Positions 60,501 to 64,000 of a DNA stretch of 64,000 nt are shown piece by piece. The DNA is from Anthoceros angustus (taxonomy: Eukaryota; Plantae; Anthocerotophyta). The stretch spans positions 558,001 through 622,000 of the forward strand of contig MU008175.1 of assembly GCA_010909165.1 (NCBI GenBank). The letters are read 5' to 3'. Within the stretch, counting starts at the first letter, position 1; every line of letters begins with the position of its first letter. Both the position numbers and the translations under genes were made by a program. Under the pieces are notes generated by a model. That model did not search any database, was not told the DNA's origin, and worked only from the letters and a program-made list of their open reading frames with translations.

Positions 60501-61677
60501 TCCGAAACCCCGTTCCACTCCGTCCCGTTTGTCACGCCACCCCGTCCCGTTTCCTTGCTCCGCCTTGTTCCGTTCCGTTCCGTTCCGAAACAGTGGGAGC
60601 CGCCTAGTAGGGCTTGCAAGCTCGCGGAACCCGAAGCGTGTGAGTGGACTCTACGCGGCAGAAGCCGAAGCGGATCCACCGATTCCGTACTTCCCGGGGG
60701 GTCGTTTGAATGCGTGGGGAAACGACACGAGTCTGGATCGTGCATGGAGGATGCGGGCCCACCGCCACTGCGTCCACCCGGCTACTCTGGTTGCCACGTA
60801 TCCTTCCACACGCTCTGACGGTCGACACGAAGTCGCTCACAAATCACAGATAATATTTAAATAGGTATACATTTTGGTGTTCAATGACCCAGTCCAGTCC
60901 GTGAACATCAACTTTTTACCATCCTGGTTTTTGGTTGTTGGTTGTTGGTTGTTGGTTTTCTTGGACTCTCTTCTTACACAATGCTTTGGAATAGCTTAGC
61001 CCAAATGGCATATTTATAGGAACGTTGTTGGTTGTTAAGGGGTGCCCAGAGGGAGTTAGAGGGAGTGGATGCCCTTGGTGCTAAGTAGTTTGGGCACACC
61101 ATGTATAAGTCGTCAAGTATCAAAGTTCCATGAACTATAATAGAGTTTGTTTTTCTTCATCCTTCTCCCTAGCAAGAGAAGATCACTCTTCATGCATGAT
61201 GATGGTTTGTGGATGAGAGGACCTTCCTAGGACTATTAATATAAATTTTATTAGATTAAAATAGAAATAAATAAAACTTAAAAACAGAAGGACTATGTAT
61301 ATAAGCAGCAGGAGGAGCTACGTTGGCTACGTTAGCTACATATGGATGAGGGGATAGGAATGGTGAAAGGGGTGCGATAAAAAAAGAAGAAAGCCGGCCA
61401 GAAGTAAAAGCATGCTTGTATATAATATATAATTAAGAGCGCTTCTGGGAGGAGTATGTAGAGAGACCGGTTATTGATAAAGGCTGCAGGACTTTGATTT
61501 ATCACAGGGTTTTGTGTGAGGAGAGGAGAGGAGACGAGGGGAGACGAGACGAGAGGAAGGCGCCTGTCTCCAGGCCAGGCCGTGGCTCCTGCTGAATCCC
61601 TGGTGCGACAGCGGATACATGCGAAATCGGGCTCCACAGCGGGCCGGTAGTGCGATCGGGCCGTACCAGGAGTTTGG

Positions 61678-63769
61678 ATGGCCCGCAGGCCAAGAAAGCG
61701 GCCGGTGACCCAGCGCGATGATTCCAGTGACGAGGAGGAGGCTGCGCTTGCGCATCTGCAGGCCCGGTATGTACCGCATCCGTCTCCGCCCGCTGTGAAG
61801 GACGAGGAGCGGGAACGGCCTGTGCGGGTCTACGCCGATGGCATCTACGATCTCTTCCATTTCGGGCACGCGCGCTCTCTGGAGCAAGCTAAGAAGCTGT
61901 GAGTTCTGAAGTTGTGGCTGGGGATGTGAGGGGAGGGATGGGGAGAGTGTGTTTTTTGTGTTATGGTGCGGGGAGTGGGAACGGCGGAATTTTTGTAGGA
62001 TTTGTGGTTCTGCGTTTCTTGTTTTGTTGTGGAATGTGTTGGTTGTGGTTTGGTAACCAGAGCTCTGGATTTGCAGGTTTCCGAACACCTACTTGTTGGT
62101 GGGATGTTGTAGTGATGCCCTCACAAATAAATATAAAGGCAAGACAGTGATGACCGAGGCGGAGCGCTACGAATCGCTGCGACATTGCAAGTGAGCTGCA
62201 GACTCCTTGGATCTCTCGTCTTTATGGAGTTCGGTGTTCGCTTCACTGTCATGGACCTGTTTTAGTACTTGTTATCAATTCAGTCAGGTGCTAGAAAGGG
62301 ACTGTCGATGCTGTGCCTTTTTGTGGTCTGGGGAAGGCACAGGGTCCTTGGTCCTGCATTGTTGTGTGTGGGGGGCTTTTTGGCTCAGGTTTGTGGAATC
62401 AGTGGTGTTGGAGCCCTTCCCGTCGTTGTTCTCTGAGGTTGACGAACTGTCTTTGGCCCTTGGCAGATGGGTTGACGAAGTAGTGCCTGATGCTCCCTGG
62501 GTGATCAATCAGGAATTTCTGGATAAACATCGAATCGATTATGTTGCACATGACGCCCTCCCGTATGTTTCGCAAGCCTCTGTCGTCTTATGCACCAGGA
62601 GCCTTGTTGTACTGCGTGGCTTTATTCAGTCGAGATTTGTCTGACAGAAAACGCTCTGTTGTATTGCAGGTATGCTGACACCAGTGGCGCCGGCAAGGAT
62701 GTATATGAATTTGTGAGTATTTGTGATGCTTGAGATTTTTGGAGCTTTCGTTCAGCATGTTTTCAGTGCTTTGTGTCTGTCGCACGAACTAACTCTTCTT
62801 GCAGGTGAAAGCTGCAGGGAGGTTCAGAGAGACAAAGAGGACTGATGGTATCTCTACCTCAGATCTCATTATGAGGATTGTCAAGGACTACAATGAGTAT
62901 GTCATGCGCAACTTGGCTCGTGGATATACGAGAAAGGAGTTGGGAGTCAGCTATGTGAAGGTCAGCCGCCTGCATCTATACCTTTTGGCCGTCTTCTGGG
63001 CGTCTAGTAGCCTGTCCAATTGATGGTAACATCATGGCCTATACCTCAGATTTGGCCCTTTTTGATACATGGGTTTTCTTTGTCTCTCAGGAGAAGCAGT
63101 TGAGAGTGAACATGGGAATCACCAAGCTGCGACAAAAAGTGAAGGAGCAACAAGAACGGGTTGGCCGGAAGGTTTCCCTTTTCGTTCCCACTGCATATTG
63201 GTGTCGTCTAGGACATAGTTCTATATGCAAGGTTTGCACGTAGACAGAACTCGTTGAACATCACTACTTCGGCGTGTTTGCTGGCTTACTTACGGCTTTG
63301 GTCTGAAAATGCCTTGATGTAAACCGTTTTTCGTTTCTGTCGTGGGTGCAGCTCAAGACTGTGGCTAAAACGGCAGGTGAGCACCATGGGGAGTGGGTAG
63401 AAAACGCAGATCGCTGGGTCATTGGCTTTTTGGAGAAGTTTGAGCAAGGCTTTCATCTAATGGTAAATCACCTCATGAAGCGTGTTGCTGTGCTTGCTCA
63501 GAGGTGCGTTTGAAGAAGCGTGTGGTTTGTGGAGCAGCATCTGATGGGGGTCATCAGGGAGACATTGGTGGAAGCTGATGGCTATTTTTGCTTGCTTGTA
63601 CCGCGTGCAGGAAAATGCAATCAAGACTCAAATTCAGAAGGGCTTGATGAGGCCTGAAACAAAGAACAGGGGTAGCTCCAGAAACAAGCTTCTTCCAAAC
63701 TCAGGACATGTGAAAGGAAGCGAGAGCTCCTTGCACGGCTCCAAACGAGGTGTCATGGCAGCTCTCTAA
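61678..63769 (+). CDS. CCT: Choline-phosphate cytidylyltransferase, 8 exons
   Basis: Exons 61678-61898, 62077-62190, 62467-62562, 62670-62712, 62805-62960, 63091-63171, 63352-63462 and 63611-63769, all in phase. Motifs [16 protein letters not shown] and RTDGISTSD. Confidence 0.95.
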
Positions 63770-64000
63770 CTCCTTGAATGACCTTGTTTCAGGAGGTGAG
63801 ACACCTTGCATAACGTCCCTGAGTTAGTTGCCACTGAGATGTCACTGTTAAGGTGTATGCGTATGCCATTTTTTCCTCCTTGATTCAATAAAGACCCCGT
63901 AACCTGTCCAAGATACGTTTACTTGCTACCAGCTCCCAATGCAGATTAGGCTTGAGAATGTGGAGAGGCTTTAGTTTAGACTTAGGGTTGCTCGTCGGGG

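Noticed and set aside
59869-60864. 331-aa plus-strand ORF and overlapping 192- and 135-aa ORFs
   Set aside because: GC-rich, low-complexity frames overlapping the ferredoxin-like gene and its promoter; no recognisable domain.

Overview
Plant nuclear DNA. The short introns, dense genes and DYW:KP-type PPR gene best fit a hornwort such as Anthoceros; this is inference, and a lycophyte or fern is not excluded. 1-14.4 kb: a mosaic of LTR-retroelement relics (Gypsy RT-RNaseH, several copies of a Glu-rich accessory ORF) stitched together at short microhomologies and 18-bp CTCCTAC-N4-GTAGGAG palindromes. Much of this looks like assembly or read-correction artefact. 14.4-20.3 kb: LINE-1 relics and a 3.9-kb segment bracketed by an inverted repeat whose outer ends are mirror-image TACA microsatellites. 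20.5-39.8 kb: a PLS-PPR cluster. It holds an intact DYW:KP (putative U-to-C) editing factor with an N-terminal OSB-type PDF motif, a small ubiquitin-binding-domain gene, a PPR pseudogene and a very long E+ PPR gene scrambled by tandem duplications. 40.6-44.5 kb: an AT-rich island with an unannotated 5-exon gene for a secreted protein built from three 207-nt phase-1 PAN/apple-like exons. 44.9-52.3 kb: a full-length chromovirus (TSD AATAC) whose integrase is split by a 2.28-kb TSD-less, hairpin-ended insertion. 53-64 kb: housekeeping genes (RPL35, tRNA-Leu-CAG, nodulin-like MFS, sphingoid phosphate phosphatase, complex I ferredoxin, CCT). All alignments and exon calls were made by eye; no searches were run.
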